Positions 46,794 to 56,732 of a DNA stretch of 57,380 nt are shown here, piece by piece. The stretch is taken from NCBI GenBank assembly GCA_018712385.1, contig DVHC01000043.1, positions 1 to 57,380 on the forward strand, given 5' to 3'. Origin of the DNA: Candidatus Onthousia excrementipullorum (GTDB lineage: Bacteria > Bacillota_I > Bacilli_A > RF39 > UBA660). Position numbers and translations under genes: made by a program. The notes beneath the pieces are model-generated. The model did not search any database. It worked only from the letters and a program-made list of their open reading frames with translations, and had not been told where the DNA came from. The first letter of the stretch is position 1. Each line of letters starts with the position of its first letter.

Positions 46794-48425
46794 ATGGCAA
46801 CAAAAAAAGAAAAAGAGTTAACTTTAGAGCAAGTTTTATGGAATTGTAGAGTTGATTTAAGAGGGTATGGTAGTTTCGAAAAAAATAGAGATGCTGTAAT
46901 TGGTCTTGCGTTCTTAAAATTTGCTAGTGATAAATTTGAAAAAAGAAGAAAAGAAATAATTGAAGAACATGGTAATGTTCCTGCCTTTTTAGAAAAAGTA
47001 TCTTTTTATAACTCAAAGAATGTTTATTATTTAGATGAACATTGTAGGTGGAGTTATTTTGTTAAAGAAGCAGGGTCTAATGATATAGCAGTAAAACTTG
47101 ATAAGGCAATGAAAGATATAGAGGATAAGAATCCACCACTAAAGGGAGCGCTACCTCAAAATATTTATGCATCATTAGGTGTAAGTAAAGAGAAAATGAA
47201 ATCATTAATAGATGATGTAAATATGATTAATGAAGAAAGATTTCATGAGGAAGATTTAATAGGTAGAGTTTATGAATATTTCTTACAAAACTATGCAGCA
47301 TCTGCATCGAAAGATGATGGAGAATTTTATACACCTGCTTGTGTTGTTCAATTAATAGCAGAATTAATAGAACCATATGATGGAATAGTATATGATCCTT
47401 GTTGTGGATCTGGTGGTATGTTTGTTCAATCAATGAAATTTGTTGATAGTCATAAAGGCAATAGAAACAAAGTAACTGTTATGGGTCAAGAAAGCAATCC
47501 TGATACTTGGAGACTTGCAAAAATGAACCTTTCAATTCGTGGTATTGCTTGTGATTTGGGGGATAAAAATGCATCAACATTTACAGATGATCAACATAAA
47601 GATAAAACAGTACAATACATAATGGCAAATCCCCCATTCAATTTAAAAAATTGGAGAGGCGAAGATGAACTACTTGATGATCCAAGATTTAAACCATATA
47701 AGCCTGCTATGCCGCCAAAAGCTAATGCAAACTATGCATGGATACTACATATGCTTTCTAAACTAGATGTAAATAGAGGAATCGCAGGTTTCTTATTAGC
47801 TAATGGAGCATTAAATGCTGGTTCCGGAAGCGATGACGAAGATGATGAAGGTGGACAAGCACAATATTTAATTAGAAAAAAAATATTAGAAGGTGATAAA
47901 GTTGAGGCAATAATTGCTCTACCAAGAGATATGTTTTATACAACTGATATTGCTGTCACTTTATGGATTTTAAATAATAACAAAAAAGCTGGTTCTTTAA
48001 ACGGAAGAAACTTACGTGATAGAACTGGTGAAGTATTATTTATTGATTTAAGACAATGGAATGAAAATATTGAAGAGTATACAATAGATAAAGGTAAAAA
48101 GAAAAAGAAAACTGTATTTAACGAAAGTCAAATAGAAAAGGTAAAAGAAATTTACAACAATTGGCAATCTGTTGAATGTACGAATTCTGACAATTATAAT
48201 GAACCTGAATTGTATAGATCAGTTAAATTGAGTGAAATTAAAAAGAAAAATTATACATTAATTCCAAGTAAGTATATAGAATTCATAGATCAAGATTTAA
48301 ATATAAATTTCGATGAAGAAATGTCAAGAATTCAAAAAGAAATGATTAATATAATGAAATCTGAAAAAGAATCTCAAAAACTATTAGAAGAATCGTTTAA
48401 GGAGATTGGTTATGAAATTAAATAG
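46794..48425 (+). CDS. hsdM: Type I restriction-modification system methyltransferase subunit
   Basis: The SAM motif is DPCCGSGGM and the catalytic motif is NPPFN. The RBS is GGGAGG. Confidence 0.9.
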   Translation: MATKKEKELTLEQVLWNCRVDLRGYGSFEKNRDAVIGLAFLKFASDKFEKRRKEIIEEHGNVPAFLEKVSFYNSKNVYYLDEHCRWSYFVKEAGSNDIAVKLDKAMKDIEDKNPPLKGALPQNIYASLGVSKEKMKSLIDDVNMINEERFHEEDLIGRVYEYFLQNYAASASKDDGEFYTPACVVQLIAELIEPYDGIVYDPCCGSGGMFVQSMKFVDSHKGNRNKVTVMGQESNPDTWRLAKMNLSIRGIACDLGDKNASTFTDDQHKDKTVQYIMANPPFNLKNWRGEDELLDDPRFKPYKPAMPPKANANYAWILHMLSKLDVNRGIAGFLLANGALNAGSGSDDEDDEGGQAQYLIRKKILEGDKVEAIIALPRDMFYTTDIAVTLWILNNNKKAGSLNGRNLRDRTGEVLFIDLRQWNENIEEYTIDKGKKKKKTVFNESQIEKVKEIYNNWQSVECTNSDNYNEPELYRSVKLSEIKKKNYTLIPSKYIEFIDQDLNINFDEEMSRIQKEMINIMKSEKESQKLLEESFKEIGYEIK

Positions 48426-49521
48426 AATTAGATTAGGAGATTATATTAATCAAGTTAATTTAAAAAATAGAAAAGATGAATATACAATTGATTGTGTTAG
48501 AGGAATATCAACACAAAAGAAATTTATTGATACAAAAGCTGATATGACAGGAGTATCATTAAAGAATTATAAAATTGTTAAACCATTTCAATTTGCTTAC
48601 GTACCAGATACATCAAGAAGAGGAGACAAAATTTCTTTAGCTTTTAATGATACAGATAAAACTTTTTTAGTATCTTCAATATCAATTGTTTTTGAAGTAG
48701 ATGCTACTATTATTAATCCTTATTATTTATTTATGTATTTTAATAGGCCAGAATTCGATAGATATACAAGATTTAATTCTTGGGGTTCCGCAAGAGAACC
48801 ATTCGATTGGGATTCAATGTGTGATATTGAAATGGATTTACCAAATTTAGATATTCAAAACAAATATGTTAATATTTATGTTTCTATGAAAGAAAATCAA
48901 TCATCATATGAAAATGGATTAGAAGATTTTAAATTAATATGTGATGGTTATATAGAAAAATTAAAAAAAGATGATATTTTAAAACCATTAGGGAAGTATC
49001 TTACTAGAAGAATGGAAAAAAACAAGGATTTTAGAGTTGAAAAATTAATAGGTGTTGGGAAAGAAGGATTTATTGATCCTAAACAATCAAAGGATGAAAC
49101 AAATGGTCATATATGTTATTTAGTTAAGAAGAATGATTTTGTTTTTGCACCACCTCAATTACATCAAGGTTCTATAGATTATTATACAAATGATGAAGTT
49201 GTTAAATGTTCTGATGCATATATTGTTTTTTATATAAACAATGAGAAAGAACTTGATACAAACTATTTATTGATGTTACTTAAAAATCCAAATATTCAGC
49301 ATATAATATGGTGGTATCGAGATGGTGTAAGGGAACAATTCAACTTTGAGCAATTAAAAGAATTGGAAATTCCTGTACCAGATATTGAAAAACAAAAATC
49401 TATAGCAAATATATATAAGTGTTACTATGAAAGAAAAAAAATTAATGATGAATTAATTAGTAGAATTAGAAATATATGTACAGTTTTAATAAAAGGCTCT
49501 TTATTGGAAGAAAGTAGGTGA
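48406..49521 (+). CDS. hsdS: Type I R-M specificity subunit
   Basis: 371 aa with a two-target-recognition-domain layout. It lies between hsdM and hsdR and overlaps hsdM by 20 nt. Confidence 0.8.
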   Translation: MVMKLNRIRLGDYINQVNLKNRKDEYTIDCVRGISTQKKFIDTKADMTGVSLKNYKIVKPFQFAYVPDTSRRGDKISLAFNDTDKTFLVSSISIVFEVDATIINPYYLFMYFNRPEFDRYTRFNSWGSAREPFDWDSMCDIEMDLPNLDIQNKYVNIYVSMKENQSSYENGLEDFKLICDGYIEKLKKDDILKPLGKYLTRRMEKNKDFRVEKLIGVGKEGFIDPKQSKDETNGHICYLVKKNDFVFAPPQLHQGSIDYYTNDEVVKCSDAYIVFYINNEKELDTNYLLMLLKNPNIQHIIWWYRDGVREQFNFEQLKELEIPVPDIEKQKSIANIYKCYYERKKINDELISRIRNICTVLIKGSLLEESR

Positions 49522-49524
49522 CAT

Positions 49525-52500
49525 ATGAATCAAGTATACGATAACGGAAAGTTTAATGAAGAAGAATTAGAAAATTCATTTATTGAATTGTTTAAATCTC
49601 TTGATTATCAATATGTTTGTGGAGAAAACATTCATAGATATTTTAAAGAGATATTATTATATGATGATTTAGCAAACTATTTAACAACTCGCTATAATGA
49701 GTTGTCAGAAAATGAAATTAAAAGAATAATTAGTATGCTTGATAATGTACCTGCTTTACCATTATATGAAGGAAATAAAGAAACATATAAAATAGTTACT
49801 GAAGGGTTTGATTTCAATAGGGATGATTCAAATTTACTACCAATCCATATTGAATTTATAAATTTTGAAGAGCCAAATAACAATATTTTTAAAATTGTTA
49901 ATCAATATACAGTTGAAGATATTAGACAAAGAAGACCAGATTTATTAGTCTTTATTAATGGTATTCCTGTATCTATTTTTGAATTTAAAACAGCTATTGA
50001 AGAAGATAAAACTGTACATGATGCATGGGAGCAAATAACTATTAGATATGCTAGAGATATACCTAGTTTATTAAAATATAACTTTTTATCAGTTATTAGT
50101 GATGGAGCTAATACAAGATTAGGTACTATTTTTTCTCCATATAAATTTTACTATTCATGGAATAAAATTAATGATGATGAAAAAACAACCAATGGTATAA
50201 GTTCTTTAACTACTATGGTTAAAGGGGTATTTTCAAAAGAAAGATTAGTACATATTTTAAGAGACTTCGTATTTTATCCTGATGATAGTAAAAAATCTGA
50301 GGCAATTGTATGTAGATATCCTCAATACTTTGCTACTGTTAAAATGTTAAATAATTTAACTATACATAAAAGACCTGAGGGTGATGGAAAAGGTGGTATA
50401 TATTTTGGAGCTACTGGATGTGGTAAAACATATACCATGTTATTCTTAGCTAGACAATTAATGCTTAGAGAAAAAGATAATTTCCACAACCCTACAATAA
50501 TAATTATAACTGATAGAGAAGATCTTGACACTCAGGCTTCAAAATTGTTTGTAACTGCTAAAAAATATCTGCATGATAATAATGTTAGAAGTATTGAATC
50601 TAGACAAGATTTACACGATACTTTAGTTAATCGTGAAAGTGGAGGAATATATATCACCACTATCCAAAAATTTTGTGAATCAACAGGATTATTATCTGAT
50701 AGAAGTAATATAATCTGTATTTCTGACGAAGCTCATAGAAGCCAAACTGGAACCGGATCTAAATTAAAGAAAACAGCAGATGGTGTATATACTACATATG
50801 GATTTGCTCATTATTTGAGAGAAAGCTTACCTAATGCAGTTTATTGTGGTTTTACTGGAACACCTATAGATGAAGCGATAGCGGTATTTGGTAGAGTGGT
50901 TGATAGTTATACAATGAAAGAATCAAGTGATGATGGTATAACTGTTAGAATATCTTATGAACCAAGATTAGCAAGAGTATTATTATCTGACGAAGATGCT
51001 AAGGAAATTCAAAAATACTATGATGAATGTGCTGAAGTAGGATCTAACCCAGAACAAATAGAAGAATCTAAAAAAGCCATGAGTAGAATGTCAGCAATTT
51101 TGGGGCATCCTGAAAAATTAAAAAAATTAGCCAAAGATATTGTTAAGCACTTTGAAGCTTTATGTGATGAAAAACCTGAGATTGTACAAAAAGGTATGAT
51201 AGTTTGTTCTGATAGAAAAATAGCATTTAATTTATATAAAGAAATATTAAAATTAAGAAGTGATTGGGGAGTTGCTAAGAAATGTGATGATCCTTCAAAA
51301 TTTACTGCTGATGAATTAGAACAACTAGTTGATGTACCAAAAATTAATATGGTCGCTACTCGTGGAGATAATGATGAACTAGAATTGTATAATTTATGTG
51401 GTACTAAAGAAAAACATAAATTTCTTGATGAACAATTTAAAAACGAAAAATCTAATTTCAAATTAGCTATTGTTGTAGATATGTGGATTACTGGATTTGA
51501 TGTTCCATCTTTATCTGTTATGTATATTGATAAACCATTACAAAAACATACTCTTATACAAACTATTTCTCGTGTTAATAGAATATTTGATGGTAAAGAT
51601 AAAGGAATAGTTGTTGATTATATTGGAATAAAAGATGAAATGCTTCAAGCAGTAAAAATATATGGAGGTCCACAAGAAAGCCCAATTGATGAAATCGAAA
51701 TCTCATTAGGTATTTTTAGAAATCATTTAAAACTAGTAGATGATTTATTTGTCAATTTTAATTCTACAAAATTTTTTAATGGTTCTCCTTTAGATAGATT
51801 AAATTGTTTGAATTTTGGAGCTGAATTTGTACAAGAAACAAAAGATTTAGAAAATCGCTTTATGGGATTATCCAGAACATTAAAAAAAGCATATAACATA
51901 GTTTATCCTACTGGTGAATTATCTGAAGATGAAATTAATAAATCTCAATTTTATTTAGCAATTAGATCAATTATTTTTAAACAAACTATTGGCAATGCAC
52001 CTGATGCTGAAATAATGAATGAAGTAGTAGAAGAAATGGTTAGAAAAGCTATTTCTTGTACTGGCGTTGAAAATATAGTAGGTGAAAAAGAATCATTAGA
52101 ATTCTATACACCCGAGTTTGTTCGTCAATTAGTGGATATAGATTTACCTATAACAAAATTTAACGCTTTATTAAAGCTATTAAAGAAAGCTATTAAAGAC
52201 TATGGAAAAGTAAACAGAATAAAAGCAATTGATTTTGATGAAAGATTAAAAAAAGTTGTTGAAGAATATAATGATAGGGATAAAATGGTATTTACTAATG
52301 AAGTTGTAAAAGAATTTGTTGATGGATTATCTAATGAATTATTATATATTTTAAAAGATTTAGAAGAAGACAAATCATCTTTTGAAGCAATGGGTATATC
52401 ATTTGAAGAAAAAGCTTTCTATGATATTTTAACTAAGATTAGAGATACACACGGATTTGAATATGATGATACTAAATGTGTAGAATTGTCTAAGAAGATT

Positions 52501-52683
52501 AAAGAATTAGTTGATGATAAAACTCAATACGCTGATTTCTTTGTTAGAAATGATATAAGAAGTCAATTAGATGAAGATTTAACAGTATTATTATATAAAA
52601 ATGGATATCCACCAGAGTGGGACGAAGAAGTATTTAATCAAGTAATGCTTCAAGCTGAGAATTTTAAAAAATATAATGGTTAA
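49525..52683 (+). CDS. hsdR: Type I R-M restriction endonuclease/translocase subunit
   Basis: 1052 aa. Walker A is GATGCGKTY and the DEAH box is SDEAHRSQ. Helicase motif VI is QTISRVNR. Confidence 0.9.
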   Translation: MNQVYDNGKFNEEELENSFIELFKSLDYQYVCGENIHRYFKEILLYDDLANYLTTRYNELSENEIKRIISMLDNVPALPLYEGNKETYKIVTEGFDFNRDDSNLLPIHIEFINFEEPNNNIFKIVNQYTVEDIRQRRPDLLVFINGIPVSIFEFKTAIEEDKTVHDAWEQITIRYARDIPSLLKYNFLSVISDGANTRLGTIFSPYKFYYSWNKINDDEKTTNGISSLTTMVKGVFSKERLVHILRDFVFYPDDSKKSEAIVCRYPQYFATVKMLNNLTIHKRPEGDGKGGIYFGATGCGKTYTMLFLARQLMLREKDNFHNPTIIIITDREDLDTQASKLFVTAKKYLHDNNVRSIESRQDLHDTLVNRESGGIYITTIQKFCESTGLLSDRSNIICISDEAHRSQTGTGSKLKKTADGVYTTYGFAHYLRESLPNAVYCGFTGTPIDEAIAVFGRVVDSYTMKESSDDGITVRISYEPRLARVLLSDEDAKEIQKYYDECAEVGSNPEQIEESKKAMSRMSAILGHPEKLKKLAKDIVKHFEALCDEKPEIVQKGMIVCSDRKIAFNLYKEILKLRSDWGVAKKCDDPSKFTADELEQLVDVPKINMVATRGDNDELELYNLCGTKEKHKFLDEQFKNEKSNFKLAIVVDMWITGFDVPSLSVMYIDKPLQKHTLIQTISRVNRIFDGKDKGIVVDYIGIKDEMLQAVKIYGGPQESPIDEIEISLGIFRNHLKLVDDLFVNFNSTKFFNGSPLDRLNCLNFGAEFVQETKDLENRFMGLSRTLKKAYNIVYPTGELSEDEINKSQFYLAIRSIIFKQTIGNAPDAEIMNEVVEEMVRKAISCTGVENIVGEKESLEFYTPEFVRQLVDIDLPITKFNALLKLLKKAIKDYGKVNRIKAIDFDERLKKVVEEYNDRDKMVFTNEVVKEFVDGLSNELLYILKDLEEDKSSFEAMGISFEEKAFYDILTKIRDTHGFEYDDTKCVELSKKIKELVDDKTQYADFFVRNDIRSQLDEDLTVLLYKNGYPPEWDEEVFNQVMLQAENFKKYNG

Positions 52684-52688
52684 ATAGT

Positions 52689-53627
52689 ATGGAGAAAATA
52701 ATGAATATTGGAAAATTAAAAGAAGTTGATATTAGGAGTTTATGGAAACATGAACAATATGATTTTTCAGAATGGTTATCTCATGAAGAAAACATTGAAG
52801 AATTAAATAATATATTAGGATTAACATTAACAGATGTATCTAAAGAGATATATGTCGGTTCATATAGATGTGATTTAGTAGCAGTTGATGAATCCACAGG
52901 TATTAAGATTATTATTGAAAATCAATTAGAATCATCTAATCATGATCATTTGGGTAAAATAATAACTTATGCTTCCGGGCTGGATGCTCAAGTAGTAGTA
53001 TGGATAGTTACACATGCTAAAGAAGAACATAGAAGTGCTATTGAATGGCTAAATAATAATACTAATAGTAATATAAATTTCTTCTTAATTGAATTACATG
53101 CTTATAAAATAGGAGATTCTTTACCAGCACCTTATTTTGAAGTAATTGAAAAGCCAAATGATTTTATTAAAAATACTAATAAAACAAAAAATAGTAGTGG
53201 TGAGTTAAATAAATCTCAGTCTGAGAAATTGATCTTTTGGAATAGATTCAATGAATTATTAGAGGAAAAAGGAAAACCTTTTAATATGAGAAAAGCAACA
53301 ACAGACCATTGGTATGATGTTGCTATTGGTTCTAGTTCATCACATATTTCTATTGAATTAATTAATAAAGAAAAACACATTAGAATAGGTTTATATATGG
53401 TTGATGATAAGGAATATTTTGATAAATTATTTGAAAATAAAAATAGTATTGAAAAAGATTTAGGTTTGGAATTAGAATGGCTAAGAGAGTGTTCTGGTAA
53501 TGTAAGTAGAATTAAATATAAATTATCAGGATTAGATTATGCGGATCACTCAAATTATGATGATTTAATTAATAAATCTATTGAAATTGCAGCTAAAATG
53601 CAAGAAGTATTTAAAAAATATTTATAA
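52689..53627 (+). CDS. PD-(D/E)xK nuclease-like protein (DUF4268-type), the fourth gene of the R-M operon
   Basis: CDLVAVDESTGIKIIIENQLESSNHDHLGKIITY has the D...E-x-Q arrangement of restriction-endonuclease-fold proteins. The gene begins 5 nt after the hsdR stop. ATG 52701 is an alternative start. Confidence 0.55.
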   Translation: MEKIMNIGKLKEVDIRSLWKHEQYDFSEWLSHEENIEELNNILGLTLTDVSKEIYVGSYRCDLVAVDESTGIKIIIENQLESSNHDHLGKIITYASGLDAQVVVWIVTHAKEEHRSAIEWLNNNTNSNINFFLIELHAYKIGDSLPAPYFEVIEKPNDFIKNTNKTKNSSGELNKSQSEKLIFWNRFNELLEEKGKPFNMRKATTDHWYDVAIGSSSSHISIELINKEKHIRIGLYMVDDKEYFDKLFENKNSIEKDLGLELEWLRECSGNVSRIKYKLSGLDYADHSNYDDLINKSIEIAAKMQEVFKKYL

Positions 53628-53636
53628 TATATTAGG

Positions 53637-53661
53637 GATGTTAGATTAACATCTCTTTTTT
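53637..53661 (+). terminator. Intrinsic terminator ending the R-M operon
   Basis: GATGTTA-gat-TAACATC hairpin followed by a T-run. Confidence 0.75.
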
Positions 53662-54156
53662 AGTGATATTTTTTTGTAACAGTGATTTTTTTGTGAAGTT
53701 TTTAAATTTTCTTCACTGTTTTTTTCGTTGATTTTTCGTTGTTTTATCTATAATTAGTGAAAAAGTGAAATTTTCTTTTAAATTAGAAGTAGAAAATAAT
53801 AAAAAAATAAAAAAAAACTGTACAAACGGTAACGTTTGGACAGCTTAAGAAAAAAGTTAACTTCTTCACTGGATATTAAATAATCCATTGTTTTATAACG
53901 GATATAATTAGGTGAAGAATTTTTTCTTTTTTTATGTTATAAAAGTCAATATAAAAATGCACAAAAATGGTAAAGTTAAAATGTCATAATTAATAATATC
54001 CATTATATATTGCTGGGGGGTCATTATTTTGTTTAAAAATTTGCTTATCAGTAAATAATTATGAATGAAGATAAAAGTCAATAGTTGTCTAAACAACGAA
54101 GCTTGCTATTGACTTTTATCAAATGAGTAATACACTTATCAAAGCAAGTTTTAAAA

Positions 54157-54903
54157 TTATGATATTTCTAACTTTTCTTTTAGTTCTTTTAGTCTATAAG
54201 ATTTACCTTTAATATTTACTATTTCAGAATGATGTATAAGTCTATCAATAATAGCATTAGCGATTGTAACATCTCCAAAAGTTTCATTCCACCTATCAAA
54301 GCTTAGATTAGTAGTAATAATAGTAGACTTGTTTTCATATCTTTTAGAAATTAACTGGAAGAATAAATTGGCACCATTTCTATCAGTAGGTAAATATCCT
54401 ATCTCATCAATTATCAGTAGTTGATATTTACAATAGTGTTTTATTCTTTCTGCTGATTTATTTTCTTTATGAGCTTCTAATAAATTATTAATCAAGTCGT
54501 TACAATTAATAAAATATACAGAGTGTCTTTTAGATGCGGCTTCTATTCCTATAGATATTGCTAAGTGAGTTTTCCCAACACCACTATCACCATAAAAGAT
54601 TATATTTTTCTTTTCTTCTAAAAATCTTAAAGTTGACAAATCTATTATTTTATTACGATTTATCGATGGTTGAAAATCAAAGTCAAAGTCATTAAGTGTT
54701 TTAACAAAAGGAAAATGGGCTACTTTTATATTATTCTGACTATATCTTTTCTCTCTATGTTTTAACTCTTCTTCTAATAGTAGATTAAGACCTTCTAGAA
54801 AAGATAAATTATCATTAGTTATTTTATCTAAATATTCTGAGATATGTTCCTTAATACCTAGTAATTTTAAATCAGTTAATTTATTTAATGTATCATTTAT
54901 CAT
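54157..54903 (-). CDS. istB: IS21 helper ATPase IstB
   Basis: Walker A is GDSGVGKTHLA and Walker B is LLIIDEIGY. Confidence 0.9.
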   Translation of the reverse strand: MINDTLNKLTDLKLLGIKEHISEYLDKITNDNLSFLEGLNLLLEEELKHREKRYSQNNIKVAHFPFVKTLNDFDFDFQPSINRNKIIDLSTLRFLEEKKNIIFYGDSGVGKTHLAISIGIEAASKRHSVYFINCNDLINNLLEAHKENKSAERIKHYCKYQLLIIDEIGYLPTDRNGANLFFQLISKRYENKSTIITTNLSFDRWNETFGDVTIANAIIDRLIHHSEIVNIKGKSYRLKELKEKLEIS

Positions 54904-54906
54904 TAG

Positions 54907-56133
54907 TTATTCCTCCTCAATTTTTATATCATTTAAACTTCTTAAATCTTTATTAATATTATTTTTAAGTCTATTTTTAGCTTGTTCACTTATACTAGAA
55001 TGTTCTAATATATCTTTATAGTCTTCAAGTTTATAATTGTAATGAGTATCATTATTTTTGCTATACTTCCTTACAAGAATTGTGTTAGAATATATGTAGA
55101 TGAATTCATCATCTTCATTAACTTGAAGAGTTTTGCCAACATAATTTATTGGCACAGAATATTTTTTTCCTTTATAATTAATCATTGATTCTTTAGTAAC
55201 TTTATACTTAGGTCTATTATTTGTATATTGCATTAATAAATCAAGATTAACAGGAATTAAATATTCTTTTTCTTTTACAAAATCAGTTATTGGAATTTTG
55301 TTTGTCGCTTGTGATATTTCTTCATAGTTTAAACTGTGAAGAATTTTATTAACGATTATTTTTAAATCATTCCAATCTTTAATTTGATAATCAAATGCTT
55401 TTAGTCTATTCATAATTTTTGCAAGTGTTTCTACTTTACCTTTAGTCATTGGTCTATAAGGTCTACAGGTATAAATGATAAAGCCTGCATCTTTAGCATA
55501 ATAACTCATTTTATTATTTATTATTACTTTTTTAAAATCACTTTTAGCTTGATCTACAACTGTTTTCATATTATCAAATATTATTTCTTCTGTTACTCCA
55601 CCAAAATAATTAAATGCATTATTTAAACATCTAAATAGAGTTTTTTGTTCTCTATTTTCAGTAAGTTCTATATACTTCATCCTAGAACAACCTAATACTA
55701 TTAAGAAAATATTAAATGTAATTTTATTATTATCAGTAGTGTGTAATATCATACTTTCTTTCCAATCAACTTGTGATTGATAACCCATAATAGTATTAAA
55801 TCTAATTGTAAGATTATCTATAATTTTCTTTTTCTTCTTAGAAACATATTTTTTTACAGTACTATAACTTCCTGTATAATTATATTTCAGTTTTAATAAA
55901 CAATATATTCCAGTTGCAGGAGCATTATTATTTTCTAATACTTTATCTATAATCGATTTATATCCATCTAATATTGAAGTATAAACTCTAGTTTTTTTAG
56001 ACATTTTATATTTTTCAGGATTTAGTCTTCTATCTATAGTTCTCCAACAACATCCATACTGTCTTGCCAGTGCTGATTTATTAATTTTAACACCTCCTTT
56101 CAATAAATTATCTGCTGTAATATCTTTTCTCAT
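54907..56133 (-). CDS. istA: IS21 transposase IstA
   Basis: It has an N-terminal HTH (KSALARQYGCCWRTIDR) and a DDE-type core (QVDWKE...). It lies immediately upstream of istB. Confidence 0.85.
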   Translation of the reverse strand: MRKDITADNLLKGGVKINKSALARQYGCCWRTIDRRLNPEKYKMSKKTRVYTSILDGYKSIIDKVLENNNAPATGIYCLLKLKYNYTGSYSTVKKYVSKKKKKIIDNLTIRFNTIMGYQSQVDWKESMILHTTDNNKITFNIFLIVLGCSRMKYIELTENREQKTLFRCLNNAFNYFGGVTEEIIFDNMKTVVDQAKSDFKKVIINNKMSYYAKDAGFIIYTCRPYRPMTKGKVETLAKIMNRLKAFDYQIKDWNDLKIIVNKILHSLNYEEISQATNKIPITDFVKEKEYLIPVNLDLLMQYTNNRPKYKVTKESMINYKGKKYSVPINYVGKTLQVNEDDEFIYIYSNTILVRKYSKNNDTHYNYKLEDYKDILEHSSISEQAKNRLKNNINKDLRSLNDIKIEEE

Positions 56134-56410
56134 TTTGTACCTCCTTTATGGCAATTCTTACCATAAAATAAGTATACCAAATTGAAAAAAAGTAATAAAA
56201 ACTGTGCACTTTTAACTTTACCGTTTTTATTACTTTTTATATTACCATTTACATATGTGAAGTATTTAATTATGTTAAGTTTTTTTGTAGAATAAATTGT
56301 AGAGATATTAATTAAAATATATTTGAAAAAGTACGATTTTACAAACATCTAATATTTAACGATATTAGGTGTTTCTTTATGTTTGAAAAAGTTATATTTT
56401 TATTTTTTAA

Positions 56411-56444
56411 ATATTTGAAAAAAATTCATAGGTTTTCAAATATT
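56411..56444. promoter_or_regulatory. 12-bp perfect inverted repeat upstream of the recombinase operon (candidate recombinase binding/res site or operator)
   Basis: AATATTTGAAAA-11 nt-TTTTCAAATATT. Related direct copies of the (T)TTGAAAAAG motif lie at 56321-56331 and 56381-56391. Confidence 0.4.
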
Positions 56445-56496
56445 ATCGTGCCTATATTTTTAGAATAATATACGATTATATTTGGAGGTGTTTTTA

Positions 56497-56730
56497 ATGA
56501 AAGAAGAAATATCAAAAAATATTATTAAACAATTATGTAATGACTTCGTAGACACTATATGCGTTGGTCTTGAAGAATACCCTGATGAATTTCCTTATAC
56601 TTTAGCTTGTATTAATTTTATTTATGAATTAAAGGTTAAAGGAATATATTTTAATTTTAAAATAATTTCGGAGTGTTCTAATATTTTAGAAAGTATGTAT
56701 AACGAATCAATTAAGTATTTAGCGAGGTAA
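56497..56730 (+). CDS. Hypothetical 77-aa protein co-transcribed with the serine recombinase
   Basis: GGAGGTG (56484-56490) then ATG 56497. The stop lies 2 nt before the recombinase ATG. Confidence 0.5.
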   Translation: MKEEISKNIIKQLCNDFVDTICVGLEEYPDEFPYTLACINFIYELKVKGIYFNFKIISECSNILESMYNESIKYLAR

Positions 56731-56732
56731 AT

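Larger units (their letters stand above)
53935..56253 (-). mobile_element. IS21-family insertion sequence (istA-istB); the ends are approximate
   Basis: The ends carry imperfect terminal inverted repeats. The left end reads AATATAAAAAtgcacAAAAATGGTAAAGTTAAAA (53948-). The reverse complement of the right end reads AATATAAAAAgtaatAAAAACGGTAAAGTTAAAA (-56243). An ATAAAAGTCAATA motif is repeated inside the left end. No target duplication could be identified. Confidence 0.75.

Noticed and set aside
48406-49521. Phase-variable hsdS shuffling driven by the nearby recombinase
   Set aside because: The window contains no second (silent or inverted) hsdS copy and no inverted repeats within hsdS. The recombinase is 7 kb away, beyond an IS21.
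56130-56348. 72-aa minus-strand ORF upstream of istA
   Set aside because: It crosses the IS21 terminal inverted repeat and has no RBS. Its low-complexity translation indicates a fortuitous frame.
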